From Candidatus Iainarchaeum sp. (GTDB lineage: Archaea; Iainarchaeota; Iainarchaeia; Iainarchaeales; JAZDFD01): a stretch of 64,000 nucleotides of DNA. Positions 28,575 to 38,085 of this stretch are shown here, piece after piece. Each line of letters opens with the position of its first letter. The stretch's first letter is position 1. The stretch lies in the NCBI GenBank assembly GCA_043808155.1, contig JAZDFD010000012.1:23822-87821 (forward strand), given 5' to 3'. Under the pieces are notes generated by a model. The model saw nothing but the letters and a program-made list of their open reading frames with translations, ran no database searches and was not told the DNA's origin. Both the position numbers and the translations under genes were made by a program.

Positions 28575-29092
28575 ATTTATTCATGAATGAATTGGATACC
28601 GAAAGCAGGTCAATTGTTTCATATCTTTTAATCAAAAAGCATGCGCGAATAAATGAGTTAAGTGATTTAATAAACGAAAATGATACTCTTACTATAATTA
28701 AAATAAAGGAAGCCATAAATCCGCTGGCTGAAAAAATTTTTGGAATGCAGATTCTTGTTTTTAAAGAAAGTGCAATTGATATAAGCGAAGGAAGGAAAGT
28801 ATTGTTTTCCTGGTGGCTGGAAAACGCGGAAGAATTAATTGAAGAGCAGAAAAAGGAATTAATTGATGTTTTTGACGAAAAAGATTATGTAAAAGTTGTA
28901 ATGGAACTGCCTGACAGCAAAAATATTAATGCAAAAATCAACGGAAACGAACTAATAATAACTGCAGAAAAATCAAATGAAAAAATTTGCAGAAAAATTC
29001 CCTTAAGTGCGGATGTGAAAAAAATAATTGGAAAAAGATACAACAACAGCGTGCTGGAAATTAAACTGGAGAAAGGGGCGGAAAATGTCTGA
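28544..29092 (+). CDS. Hsp20-domain protein with helical N-terminal domain
   Basis: IDVFDEKDYVKVVMELP...YNNSVLEIKL. Confidence 0.75.
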   Translation: MRMETKQSKVNLFMNELDTESRSIVSYLLIKKHARINELSDLINENDTLTIIKIKEAINPLAEKIFGMQILVFKESAIDISEGRKVLFSWWLENAEELIEEQKKELIDVFDEKDYVKVVMELPDSKNINAKINGNELIITAEKSNEKICRKIPLSADVKKIIGKRYNNSVLEIKLEKGAENV

Positions 29093-29144
29093 AAGGAAGA
29101 AAAGAAAAAGTAGCGATTGGTTTGAAGAATTTTGGAAAAGGTAA
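29085..29144 (+). CDS. 19-aa putative microprotein
   Basis: MSERKKRKSSDWFEEFWKR fills the gap before gvpK; G-rich SD. Confidence 0.35.
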   Translation: MSERKKRKSSDWFEEFWKR

Positions 29145-29150
29145 TAAAAA

Positions 29151-29495
29151 ATGGTTACAAAAATTGATTTGAAAAATGATGACAAAGAGAGCCTGAAAAA
29201 CGGCGTAATGGGATTGGTGCTTGCAATAGTTGAAGTGATAAGGGATGCCTTGCGCCTGCAGGCAATAAGGCGAATTGAAGGAGGCTCTCTTACAGAAGAA
29301 GAAGAGGAAAGATTGGGAAGAGCGTTGGAAGACTTTGATGAAGCAATTGAAAAAATGAAGGAAGAGCAAGGCCTGAATGAAGCAACGCAAAGTGTTAGAA
29401 ATGGTCTTGACGATTTGGCAAACGATTTAGTGAATAACTTTCTCAATGAGGAGCAAATAAAAGCTGCAGATAAGGGTGGAAAGCTTGGAAAATAA
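29151..29495 (+). CDS. gvpK: Gas vesicle protein GvpK
   Basis: GVMGLVLAIVEVIRDALRLQAIRRIEGGSLTEEEEERLGRAL. Confidence 0.92.
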   Translation: MVTKIDLKNDDKESLKNGVMGLVLAIVEVIRDALRLQAIRRIEGGSLTEEEEERLGRALEDFDEAIEKMKEEQGLNEATQSVRNGLDDLANDLVNNFLNEEQIKAADKGGKLGK

Positions 29496-30252
29496 AGAGC
29501 AGGGAAGGTATATTTACTGCGTAGCAAAAGGCAGTGAACAAACAGATTTGGGGAAAATAGGGATAGAAAACAGCGAAGTTTACACTATTCCAAGCAATGG
29601 ATTAATTGCAGTAGTGCATGACTGTGGAGCAAAAGCATACGATTCAAAAAATGAGGAAAAAGTGAAGGAATGGATTAAACAGCATGAAAATGTGATAGAG
29701 AAAACGCAGAAAAAATTTGAAACAATTGTTCCATTAAGTTTTAATGTAATAATAAAAGGGGAAAACGCAAGCAAGGAAGTGACTAATTGGCTGCAAACTG
29801 AAAAAGAGAGACTTGAAAGAAACCTGGAAAAAGTAAAGGGAAAAGAGGAATTCGGAGTGCAAATAACTTGGGACCCTATAAACATTGGAGAAAAATTAAG
29901 CAAAGAAAAAGAGGGAATCAAAAGTTTATTAGAAGAGATGGAAAAAGCCTCAAAGGGACAGGCCTACTTTATCAAACAAAAGATAAAGAAAGCATTGAAA
30001 CAGGAAATGGAAAAACTGGCTGACGAGAAATTCAAGCAATTTTATTCAGAAATCAAAAAGCACTGCTACCGGGTAAATATTGATAAAAACAAAAAAACCG
30101 AGGTAGAAAAAGAAATGCTAATGAACCTGAGCTGCCTTGTGGCAAAGGAAGAGGTTAAAGCCCTTGGAAAGGCGCTGGATAAAATAAACAAATTAGATGG
30201 ATTTAGTGTAAGGTTCACAGGTCCCTGGCCGCCTTACTCATTTGTAACTTAA
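29476..30252 (+). CDS. gvpL: GvpL (GvpL/GvpF family)
   Basis: GRYIYCVA, IVPLSF, GKEEFGV, FTGPWPPYSFV. Confidence 0.9.
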   Translation: MESLENKEQGRYIYCVAKGSEQTDLGKIGIENSEVYTIPSNGLIAVVHDCGAKAYDSKNEEKVKEWIKQHENVIEKTQKKFETIVPLSFNVIIKGENASKEVTNWLQTEKERLERNLEKVKGKEEFGVQITWDPINIGEKLSKEKEGIKSLLEEMEKASKGQAYFIKQKIKKALKQEMEKLADEKFKQFYSEIKKHCYRVNIDKNKKTEVEKEMLMNLSCLVAKEEVKALGKALDKINKLDGFSVRFTGPWPPYSFVT

Positions 30253-30259
30253 AGGAGCG

Positions 30260-30574
30260 ATGAAAATGGAACCAACGAGAGAAAAAAATGCAACGCTTGT
30301 TGATGTGCTGGACAGGGCATTGAATAAAGGATTGTTAATTAATGCTGACTTAATTATTTCAGTTGCAGATATCCCGCTTATTGGGGTTAATTTGAAAGCA
30401 GCAATTGCAGGAATGGAGACAATGCTCGAATATGGCATGATGAAAGATTGGGATGAGGCATTGAGAGCAATTGCAAGGGAAGAAAGAGCTAGAATTGCAA
30501 AAAAAGAAAAAATTATTACGTCTTTAAGTGAGAAAAATGAACACAGCACTATATCTTTACTGCGCAGTAAATGA
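30260..30574 (+). CDS. gvpM: GvpM (GvpA/J/M family)
   Basis: MEPTR...TLVDVLDRALNKGLLINADLIISVADIPLIGVNLKAAIAGMETMLEYG...WDE. Confidence 0.85.
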   Translation: MKMEPTREKNATLVDVLDRALNKGLLINADLIISVADIPLIGVNLKAAIAGMETMLEYGMMKDWDEALRAIAREERARIAKKEKIITSLSEKNEHSTISLLRSK

Positions 30575-31250
30575 AAGAAGTGAAAAAAGCTTTGGCCACA
30601 TTGGCTTTCAGGAACAGGAGGTTTACGCTGTTCCGTATAAAACTATTAGTGTTGTTGTGCAGTCTTGCTCTGCTAAGGAATTAAGGAACAAGCGCCAAAC
30701 AGAGTTAGCTATAAATCACCAATATATAATAGATTTGGTAATGAGAGAATTTAATGAGGTAATTCCATTTAATGCTGCTATAGCGGTTAAAAACAAAAAA
30801 AATTTGAATAAAGTGCTTTCACTCAAATACAAAAAAATTAAATCAGAGTTGGCGGAAAAAAAAGACAAAAGGGAATACGGCATTCAAATATTTTATTCTC
30901 CTCTCTATTTAAAGGAAAAAGCAGGGGTTTTAACCAGTGTAAAGTCATTTGTTTTGCAGCAGGAGCAAAAAAGAAACCTGTCAATGCATAAAGAAGCCAA
31001 ATACAAAACCTTCCTGTTAAACGAGTTAAGGGAGTTAATTGATGAAATAAAAGTTAACTCCGCTTTCAGGGCATCAATTGAAGACTTAAGGGATAAAAGA
31101 ATTTTATTAAACTTAAGCTGTTTGGTGCATAAGGACAATGCAAAAAAACTTGAGGAAAAACTTGCTGAAATCAATAATAAAAAGGAATTCACCGTCAAAT
31201 TTAACGGCCCGTGGGCGCCATATTCTTTTACAGAAATACTTGAGGAATGA
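30528..31250 (+). CDS. Third GvpL/GvpF-family protein
   Basis: LYLYCAV, VIPF, EYGIQI, FNGPWAPYSF. Confidence 0.85.
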   Translation: MRKMNTALYLYCAVNERSEKSFGHIGFQEQEVYAVPYKTISVVVQSCSAKELRNKRQTELAINHQYIIDLVMREFNEVIPFNAAIAVKNKKNLNKVLSLKYKKIKSELAEKKDKREYGIQIFYSPLYLKEKAGVLTSVKSFVLQQEQKRNLSMHKEAKYKTFLLNELRELIDEIKVNSAFRASIEDLRDKRILLNLSCLVHKDNAKKLEEKLAEINNKKEFTVKFNGPWAPYSFTEILEE

Positions 31251-31253
31251 AAA

Positions 31254-31940
31254 ATGAGGAAATTGTTGTATGTGCCTATTCTGCATTCCGCTGCAGACCT
31301 TGGCAGTATTGGGAAAGATGTTACAAGCAAGGGAGTTGAATTAGTTGGCCCAGAAAAATGGAAAAAGCATTTGCACACAATTGACTTGTTTTGGGATTCA
31401 ATTGAAAACTATTTTCATGAACTGAACGTAGAGAAATTTAAAATATTTCAAGACGGCTTTGTTGTCAGCGGAGAAACCAGTGAAAAAATTGTTAACGAAG
31501 TAGCAGCAAAGGGAAGCAGAAACTATGAAGTAATTAGAGACCTCATTAGCAGGGGCGCAAAAATTATGAAAACAGAGGAGCTTTCTTTAGTTAAAAGAGA
31601 GGTAGTTTACGTAAGCAAACTTGCAAAGGCAAAAAAGTTAACAGAAAAACTGACTGCTTATTTGCAATATAAATTAAACAAAGGAAACCTGTTAAATAAA
31701 AGGGATGAATTTATTGCAAAAACAATTAATGAATCCTTAAAAGAGGGGGAAACTGGCGTATTGTTCTTGGGGGCATTCCATAATGTAGTGCCTAAACTTG
31801 AGGGAGATATAAAAGTAATTGAACTGAAGGAAAAAGAAAAAGTTGTCAAATACCAGAAAATTTATTACTTCAAAACAAAAGAAAAGGAAACAGATGAGTT
31901 AAGCAAATACCTTGTGGCGCCAATAAAGGAAGTGTTTTAA
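31254..31940 (+). CDS. Conserved-looking hypothetical protein at the end of the gvp operon
   Basis: YVPILHS, FQDG, RDEFIA, FLGAFH resemble TraB/TIKI-like metal motifs. Confidence 0.6.
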   Translation: MRKLLYVPILHSAADLGSIGKDVTSKGVELVGPEKWKKHLHTIDLFWDSIENYFHELNVEKFKIFQDGFVVSGETSEKIVNEVAAKGSRNYEVIRDLISRGAKIMKTEELSLVKREVVYVSKLAKAKKLTEKLTAYLQYKLNKGNLLNKRDEFIAKTINESLKEGETGVLFLGAFHNVVPKLEGDIKVIELKEKEKVVKYQKIYYFKTKEKETDELSKYLVAPIKEVF

Positions 31941-31941
31941 A

Positions 31942-32373
31942 ATGAAAAACTTCAGGGAACTGCATGGAAAAAAGAGGAGAGGCAAAGTTTCAGCAAAGAG
32001 AAAAATGGAGCTAAGCGAAAAAAGATTGCTGGCAAATGCAAGAAAAGTGTTTCAAAAAATCAGGAGAAGAAAGAAAACAAAAGAACTGGCTTCACTGCTC
32101 CCTGATACTGCAATAAGAATTGATTTGGTTGGCTCGCCGGAAGTAAGCTTTATGCTGTTAATAAAAAATGGGAAAATTGGTTTTTCTACAAAGAGAACAG
32201 CTGCGAGGCTTGCAATAGGAATCCATAAAGAGCTGTTCTTAAAACTAATTAAAAATCCCCCTAAAACAGGGAACCTGAAAATTGCATTATTTGACAACAT
32301 TTTCCTAAGAAAGGGCCCGATAAGGGAATTTCGATGGCTAAAGGCAATCTTGGTGCACTTTTTGTTAGGGTAG
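31942..32373 (+). CDS. Basic hypothetical protein (possibly SCP2-like)
   Basis: Operon-coupled 143 aa ORF. Confidence 0.5.
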   Translation: MKNFRELHGKKRRGKVSAKRKMELSEKRLLANARKVFQKIRRRKKTKELASLLPDTAIRIDLVGSPEVSFMLLIKNGKIGFSTKRTAARLAIGIHKELFLKLIKNPPKTGNLKIALFDNIFLRKGPIREFRWLKAILVHFLLG

Positions 32374-32443
32374 AAAATAGACTTATATAAGTACCCCCTG
32401 AACTAAAAGAAAAATAAAAATTGAGGGTTTAATTGAATCTTAT

Positions 32444-32878
32444 TTATTCTCCGCCCTCTATTTCAGCACACTCGCCTTCAACGCACTCTTGCCCTTCAGC
32501 ACATTCCACTTCTGCACAAAGATCAACTGCAATACATTCTCCTTCAAGGCATTCCTCTCCTTCAAGGCATTCAACGCTTTCACAGGGATCCACAATCACT
32601 GTCTGGCATTCAACAGCACAGCACGCTTCGGTATCACTTGCTTCAATTAACTGCTCGCAGGTTTGCTCTTCTGCGCAAATGCTTCCGTCCTGCTCTTCAC
32701 AGGTTTTCAGTACACACTCGCCTTCAGCGCACTTTTGGTTTGCTTCGCAGGTAACGTCAGCGCAAGGGTCTGCTGGAGGAGTTTCCTCTTCTTTCACTGG
32801 TGGTATAGTCAACACAATTGCTGCCAATATTACAATGACTACAACGCCAATAATTATGTACAAAGTATTATTTTTCAA
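32444..32878 (-). CDS. Membrane-anchored Cys/Glu-rich repeat protein
   Basis: N-terminal TM; three DxCxxVxCxxxxxCxEGEC repeats; GGAGGT SD. Confidence 0.7.
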   Translation of the reverse strand: MKNNTLYIIIGVVVIVILAAIVLTIPPVKEEETPPADPCADVTCEANQKCAEGECVLKTCEEQDGSICAEEQTCEQLIEASDTEACCAVECQTVIVDPCESVECLEGEECLEGECIAVDLCAEVECAEGQECVEGECAEIEGGE

Positions 32879-33053
32879 ATTAATAACCTCCCTAAAGTTT
32901 GTTAATTAAAAAGTTTATTGTTTAATTAAAAGTGTTGGAGAAATCGGAGTTCGACTCAGAAAGCTAAAAGAAGGGATGGCAGGGGCAAGCCACTCACATA
33001 TGATAGCCCCTGCTAATAAAATGGCAACTTAGAAGAAAACCACTTTAAGCATT

Positions 33054-33434
33054 TCACTTTGCTCTTTCGGATGTCTTAGCTAAGGCGTAAACTGCTTTCA
33101 GTCCAACTACAATGACTGCTGGTGCAATGAATACTACAATATTTGCCAAGATTGCCTGCAAAATTGTTCCCACGCCAGCAACAACTGTGTCAATTACCAG
33201 CAAGTTAGCTGAACCTGCAACAATTAAGCCAACTGAAGCCACCATGAATGTTAAAACTTCCTTGTCTGAAATGTTCAGGTAGCCGACAATTAAACCCAGA
33301 ATCACTAAAACCAAAGCAATTCCGCCAGCATACCCGGCAACTAACCCGCCAACAATCCCTGCAAGTAAAGCTATAACTACACCAACAATGAAAGCATAGC
33401 CACCAATTTTTTGAGTAGATAACGGCAATTTCAT
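33054..33434 (-). CDS. Small four-TM membrane protein
   Basis: Hydrophobic helices, GYLNISDKE loop; GGAGGT SD before the ATG at 33434. Confidence 0.7.
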   Translation of the reverse strand: MKLPLSTQKIGGYAFIVGVVIALLAGIVGGLVAGYAGGIALVLVILGLIVGYLNISDKEVLTFMVASVGLIVAGSANLLVIDTVVAGVGTILQAILANIVVFIAPAVIVVGLKAVYALAKTSERAK

Positions 33435-33707
33435 GTACAATACCTCCATTCTAAAGAATAACAAAACTAATATTTAAACGAATCCCGCAAATCGAAAGCC
33501 GACACTGTTTTTAAAAGGAGGCGGCTTTTCAACAGGCTTTTAAGTACCAGATATTACCTGTAAACCGCTAAATTATACTCTTTCTTCGGTTTTAATCATC
33601 TATTCTCTTGTTACCACATTTTATAAATTTTTTACATAATATTTATTTTGTGGTAACAAATGGTTTTTGTGCTTAAGCGCGTAATCAGTCTAATTTAATA
33701 GTAATTA

Positions 33708-34040
33708 TCAGCCGATTTTTATTTTCAGCAGATGTTTGCTTTCAGGAATTAGCTGCACTTTTTCGCCTTTTTTCAGTTTGTAAAATTTTGCTAAATCTGT
33801 AGGAATGGTTATTGCCAAGCTCCTGCCTGTAGAAACTATTGGTCTTGTAACCGAAAATACGTTTAACTGCTTTTCAGTTTCTTTCATTTGTTCAGAAGTA
33901 ACGAATTCCTTTTTGCATTTTTTGCATTTGTAGTAAGGTTGCTGTTTCAGAATAACTTTTCCTTCAAGAAGTTCAATTGTTTCATACTTTAATTCAGCTT
34001 CAGCTTCACAAAAAACACATTTTATTTTTTCTTTTTCCAT
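33708..34040 (-). CDS. YgiT/MqsA-type zinc finger fused to an AbrB/MazE domain (antitoxin-like)
   Basis: CxxC...CxxC then GRSLAITIP...LKKGEKV. Confidence 0.8.
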   Translation of the reverse strand: MEKEKIKCVFCEAEAELKYETIELLEGKVILKQQPYYKCKKCKKEFVTSEQMKETEKQLNVFSVTRPIVSTGRSLAITIPTDLAKFYKLKKGEKVQLIPESKHLLKIKIG

Positions 34041-34285
34041 AATTCAACCTCGTTTACATTTGATTCCCAGATGCTTACAACATTAATAATTTTTTTTGTT
34101 TCTTCTTTTATTACAGTAAAATAATAATCCATTATCTTGAATATTGTTTTAATTGTTCCTTCCTTCTGTTTTTGTTTCACCTTCTGTTTCACTATTTCCT
34201 GTTCCACTTCACTATGAGTAATCCCATATTTAAGTGAACGCTCAAAAAATCTTTCTCTAGCATGCCTTGTCCATACTACATCCAT
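34022..34285 (-). CDS. DUF4258-like toxin candidate
   Basis: WTRHARER...GIT motif; overlaps the antitoxin-like gene. Confidence 0.65.
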   Translation of the reverse strand: MDVVWTRHARERFFERSLKYGITHSEVEQEIVKQKVKQKQKEGTIKTIFKIMDYYFTVIKEETKKIINVVSIWESNVNEVELWKKKK

Positions 34286-34517
34286 AAGAAACTAACTCAC
34301 CAAAAAATATTTAAATGTATTCATTACCATTTCATTATCTTTTCATTAATTGATTTGTGTTATAAAAAGTATGTGATTACAAGTTTGTGAATATGCAATA
34401 GATGTAGTCACACAATACTTAGACGCAGGATTCCAAGTGCAGGTACTTGCTGTTTTATAATTCTTTCATTTTTGATGGATGTGCGTGTAATAGCAGTCTA
34501 GACGACCACCTCCAGAA

Positions 34518-34655
34518 ATGATTATTAATAACTTAGCGCTTTTTCTTAGTATGAATTCTTTTGAGGTTCTTGCAATTGTATTGCTTGCCTGCATGTTTTT
34601 CACAGTATGGGCGTTTCTTGAGATTTCCAGAAAACGTGCAATGAAAAAGAACTAA
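34518..34655 (+). CDS. Putative single-TM microprotein
   Basis: MIINNLALFLSMNSFEVLAIVLLACMFFTVWAFLEISRKRAMKKN. Confidence 0.35.
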   Translation: MIINNLALFLSMNSFEVLAIVLLACMFFTVWAFLEISRKRAMKKN

Positions 34656-34692
34656 TCGCAAAGTTTAAGTTTGCCTTGTTCTTTGTTTTATT

Positions 34693-35310
34693 ATGCTGTC
34701 TTTAGAAGAACGTTTGGAAAAATTTCTTGATGAGAACTCCCTGAAAAAAATTGAAAAAATTTCCAAGGGGTGGAGTTCGGAAATCTATTTAGTTGAAAAT
34801 TTAAAAAGTGAAAATTCAAAAGAAGAAAATTCAAAAAAAGAAAATTCCGAAAAAGAAAAATTCGCACTAAAAATTGAGCGTGAAAAATCCCCGCGTGAAA
34901 ATATGGCAAAGAAAGAAGTTGAAAATTTAAAACTTGCAAACTCAGTAAACATCGGACCAAAATTAATTTCGTGGGATTTTGAAAAGCGTGTCATTCTTAT
35001 GCAATACATTCCCGGCAAAACTTTTCAGGACTGGATTCACGAAAACCCATCCCGCGAAGACTTACAAAAAGTAATGCAGGATTTATTTTTCCAGGCAAGA
35101 GAATTAGATAAACTTGGATTGGATCATGGGCAATTAGCAGGGCCGGGAAAAAATATTTTAGTATGGGACACATGTCCCATAATTATAGATTTTGAAAAAG
35201 CTTCCATTGGAAGAAAAACCCACAACGCAAATGTCCTCCAGGCCTTATTCCACCACAACCCCAGCTCTGCAATAACAAAAAAGATTCAAGAGATTCTAAC
35301 CAAAAAGTGA
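34693..35310 (+). CDS. RIO/Bud32-like Ser/Thr protein kinase
   Basis: SKGWSSEIY, ALK, DHGQL...KNIL, IIDFE; inserted ENSK repeats. Confidence 0.82.
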   Translation: MLSLEERLEKFLDENSLKKIEKISKGWSSEIYLVENLKSENSKEENSKKENSEKEKFALKIEREKSPRENMAKKEVENLKLANSVNIGPKLISWDFEKRVILMQYIPGKTFQDWIHENPSREDLQKVMQDLFFQARELDKLGLDHGQLAGPGKNILVWDTCPIIIDFEKASIGRKTHNANVLQALFHHNPSSAITKKIQEILTKK

Positions 35311-35361
35311 TTTTTCAACCAAAACAAAACTTTAAATATACTTTACTATAGTATATTATAG

Positions 35362-35616
35362 GTGATTATAATGTCTGAAACAACAACAATCCAAATCCCA
35401 ATTAAACTCAAAAAAGAACTTACGTCTCTTAAAGATTATAATAGAGAAACCTATGCAGATGTTATTGAAAAATTAATTTCAATTGCAAAACAAGATGAAG
35501 AAGACAAATTTGAACTGAGTGAAGAAACATTAAAAAATATTGCTGAAGCCAGAGACGACATAAAAAAAGGCAGAGTTTATTCATCTAAACAAATAAAGAA
35601 AGACCTGGGTTTGTGA
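35362..35616 (+). CDS. Antitoxin (RHH-like)
   Basis: TTIQIP...ETYADVI...DIKKGRVY; upstream of a RelE-type gene. Confidence 0.78.
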   Translation: MIIMSETTTIQIPIKLKKELTSLKDYNRETYADVIEKLISIAKQDEEDKFELSEETLKNIAEARDDIKKGRVYSSKQIKKDLGL

Positions 35617-35877
35617 ATGAAACTATTCGTTGTCTGGACTAACAGAGCAAAGAAAGATCTTAAAAATCTGGAAAAATCAATCGCAAAAAGAATTTATCTT
35701 AAAACAGATGACTTAAGCGAAGGAAAAATTCAGTTGCAAAAAGTCCAAGGTCATGATTTTTACAAATTCAGAGTGGGACATTATCGGATTTTTGTAACTA
35801 AGCTGGCATCCCACGACACATTATTAATTTTGACAATTAAACATCGGAAAAATGCCTATAAAAATTTGAAGAAGTGA
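35617..35877 (+). CDS. RelE/ParE-family toxin
   Basis: AKKDLKNL...YKFRVGHYRI...HRKNAY. Confidence 0.85.
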   Translation: MKLFVVWTNRAKKDLKNLEKSIAKRIYLKTDDLSEGKIQLQKVQGHDFYKFRVGHYRIFVTKLASHDTLLILTIKHRKNAYKNLKK

Positions 35878-35881
35878 TTAC

Positions 35882-36433
35882 ATGAATGAATTAATTGATT
35901 TCATTTTACAAGTTGAAAATTTAAAAGAAGAAAAAAGAAAAGGATGGAAACTGCGTAAAGTGAAATCACCTGAATCAGTTGCAGACCACTCTTTTGCAGT
36001 CACATTTCTCACACTAATCCTTGCAGAAAACTCAAAGCAAAAATTAAATAAACAAAAACTCCTTGAACTTGCAATAATTCACGACATTGCAGAATCAATC
36101 TGCGGTGATATTACCCCTTGGGACAAAAATGCGAAATACAAATCAGAAATTGAAGACTCTGCAATGCAGGAATTAACACAACATCTTCCACCAAAATTAA
36201 AAAAGAAAATTCTCACTTTATGGAATGAATACGAAGAAGAAAAAACAAAAGAAGCAAAATTCGTAAAAGAAATTGACAGATTAGAAGTATTCTTTCAGGC
36301 ATACAAATACGAAAAACAAAACAAAGGCGAAAAAAACTTATTTGAAAAATTCCCAATCTGGAAATCACAAATCAAAACTAAAGAACTAAAAGAAATTTAC
36401 AATGAATTAAAGAAAAAAAGAAAAAGAAATTAA
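35882..36433 (+). CDS. HD-domain hydrolase (YfbR/HDDC2-like)
   Basis: RKGW..ESVADHS, IHDIAE, EIDRLE. Confidence 0.88.
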   Translation: MNELIDFILQVENLKEEKRKGWKLRKVKSPESVADHSFAVTFLTLILAENSKQKLNKQKLLELAIIHDIAESICGDITPWDKNAKYKSEIEDSAMQELTQHLPPKLKKKILTLWNEYEEEKTKEAKFVKEIDRLEVFFQAYKYEKQNKGEKNLFEKFPIWKSQIKTKELKEIYNELKKKRKRN

Positions 36434-36864
36434 AGCTGGAATTTTCTGTCAACTTCTCTTGCTAATGAATCACAGTCTGCTTTAATTTTCTCAAGATATT
36501 TGATAATTCTTTCTTTTTCTAATTCAATATCCTGAACTTTTTCATATGTTTCAACTGCTTCTTTGAACATTGAATAATCAACATATGTGTAAGGATAGCT
36601 GTCCATTTTCTTTGAGATTCTTTCAACCATTTTCCCAAGCCAGATATTCATTTCATCTTTAACCTGTCCTTTGATTTGCTTTCCAGGACTAAGATGTTTT
36701 CTCATCATATTAACAATTGTTGCTCTTGGAAATGGTAATTTACTCTCATCAACTAATCCTTCTTCTTCCTCTCCAGAGGCTTCTTCTTTGATTTCGGCTT
36801 CAACTGCCCCTTCTGAAACCTCTTCTGCCAGCTTTTCTTTTTCTTTATGTGTTTTTTTACTCAT
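36430..36864 (-). CDS. Histone-fold protein with acidic N-tail and C-terminal coiled coil
   Basis: LPFPRATIVNMMRKHL...QIKGQVK histone-fold alpha1/L1 pattern. Confidence 0.65.
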   Translation of the reverse strand: MSKKTHKEKEKLAEEVSEGAVEAEIKEEASGEEEEGLVDESKLPFPRATIVNMMRKHLSPGKQIKGQVKDEMNIWLGKMVERISKKMDSYPYTYVDYSMFKEAVETYEKVQDIELEKERIIKYLEKIKADCDSLAREVDRKFQL

Positions 36865-37069
36865 TTATATCACCAAAAATCGCCTTATAGCGTACAAAAA
36901 AGATAATATTATTTGTGAAACATTGAGATTTTAAATGCTTCCATGCACAAAAAAGCCCCCTTCAAAAATGAAAAACCCATCAAAAAACATGAAATTTTGC
37001 AAACAATTTTAATATAGTTAATACTTTTATTAATGAGAATTATAAATCATATTATTATAAGGGATTAAA

Positions 37070-38041
37070 ATGTTAGAAGGGTTTTTTACTATTGCAAATG
37101 GCTGGCTGTTTGCAAATGATTTAACATCAATAGCAATTCGCGTAATTCTAATTTTGGCAATTACTTTTATTTTAGGCAGATTAGTACACATGTTTCTTTC
37201 AAAACACTTCAAAAGAACTGCCCGCAAACTAAAAATTGATGAAACTCAGTTCATAATGGTAAAGAGAGTTGCATCCTTGCTGATTTATATTTTCGGTGTT
37301 ATGATTGCACTTTCCCAATTACCTGATTTCCAATCAATCTGGGTTTCAATTTTTGCTTCTGCAGGTATTATTGCAATTGTTGTTGGTTTAGCAGCCCAGC
37401 CTACACTTTCAAATGTTGTTGCAGGAATCTTCATGACAACTTTCAGGCCTTTCCGCGTAGGAGATAAAGTAAGAATTCAGGGTGAATATGGTGCAATTGA
37501 AGACATCACTTTGCGACACACTGTTCTCAAAACATGGGACAATAGAAGAATAATAATTCCAAATTCAAAAATGAATGATGAATACATTATGAATTATACA
37601 ATTTCCGATCCGAGGATTTTAGGTTATCTTGATATTATGATAAGTTATGATTCGGATGTTTCATTAGCAAAAAAAATAATGGTTGAAGAAGCGTTAGCGC
37701 ATTCCGATATTTTAGACGCAACAAAAGATGCAGATTTACTTGCAGGAAAAGATTCTGCATTTGCAAGAATCCGAGAATTCCAGGATAATGGATTGCAATT
37801 AAGACTTTATTTTTGGGTTGCAGACCAACCAAAATTCAGAAGAATGAGAGCTGAGCTTTTTGAAACAATAAAGAAAAGATTCCAGAAAGAAGGAGTTGAA
37901 ATACCCTACCCATACAGAACAATTGTTTACAAAACAGATTTACCTAAAACAACACAGTTACGCAATGGCATAGATGAAAAACAAAAGAGATTAGAATTGG
38001 GTGACAACCCAACCGAACCCCCTGACAGGGAACTGTTGTAA
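37070..38041 (+). CDS. mscS: Small-conductance mechanosensitive channel
   Basis: GLAAQPTLSNVVAG, PFRVGD, IPNS, EIPYP. Confidence 0.92.
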   Translation: MLEGFFTIANGWLFANDLTSIAIRVILILAITFILGRLVHMFLSKHFKRTARKLKIDETQFIMVKRVASLLIYIFGVMIALSQLPDFQSIWVSIFASAGIIAIVVGLAAQPTLSNVVAGIFMTTFRPFRVGDKVRIQGEYGAIEDITLRHTVLKTWDNRRIIIPNSKMNDEYIMNYTISDPRILGYLDIMISYDSDVSLAKKIMVEEALAHSDILDATKDADLLAGKDSAFARIREFQDNGLQLRLYFWVADQPKFRRMRAELFETIKKRFQKEGVEIPYPYRTIVYKTDLPKTTQLRNGIDEKQKRLELGDNPTEPPDRELL

Positions 38042-38085
38042 ACTCCTTTCTCCACGAAATCTTTTATATTCTCCTGTAGTTATAT

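Noticed and set aside
16600-34300. Provirus or integrative element carrying the gvp cluster
   Set aside because: No integrase, transposase, capsid gene or terminal att repeats found by eye; island status rests only on gene content and flanking TA-like genes
34810-34860. ENSK tandem repeat inside the kinase gene
   Set aside because: In-frame low-complexity loop expansion with no sign of a separate function
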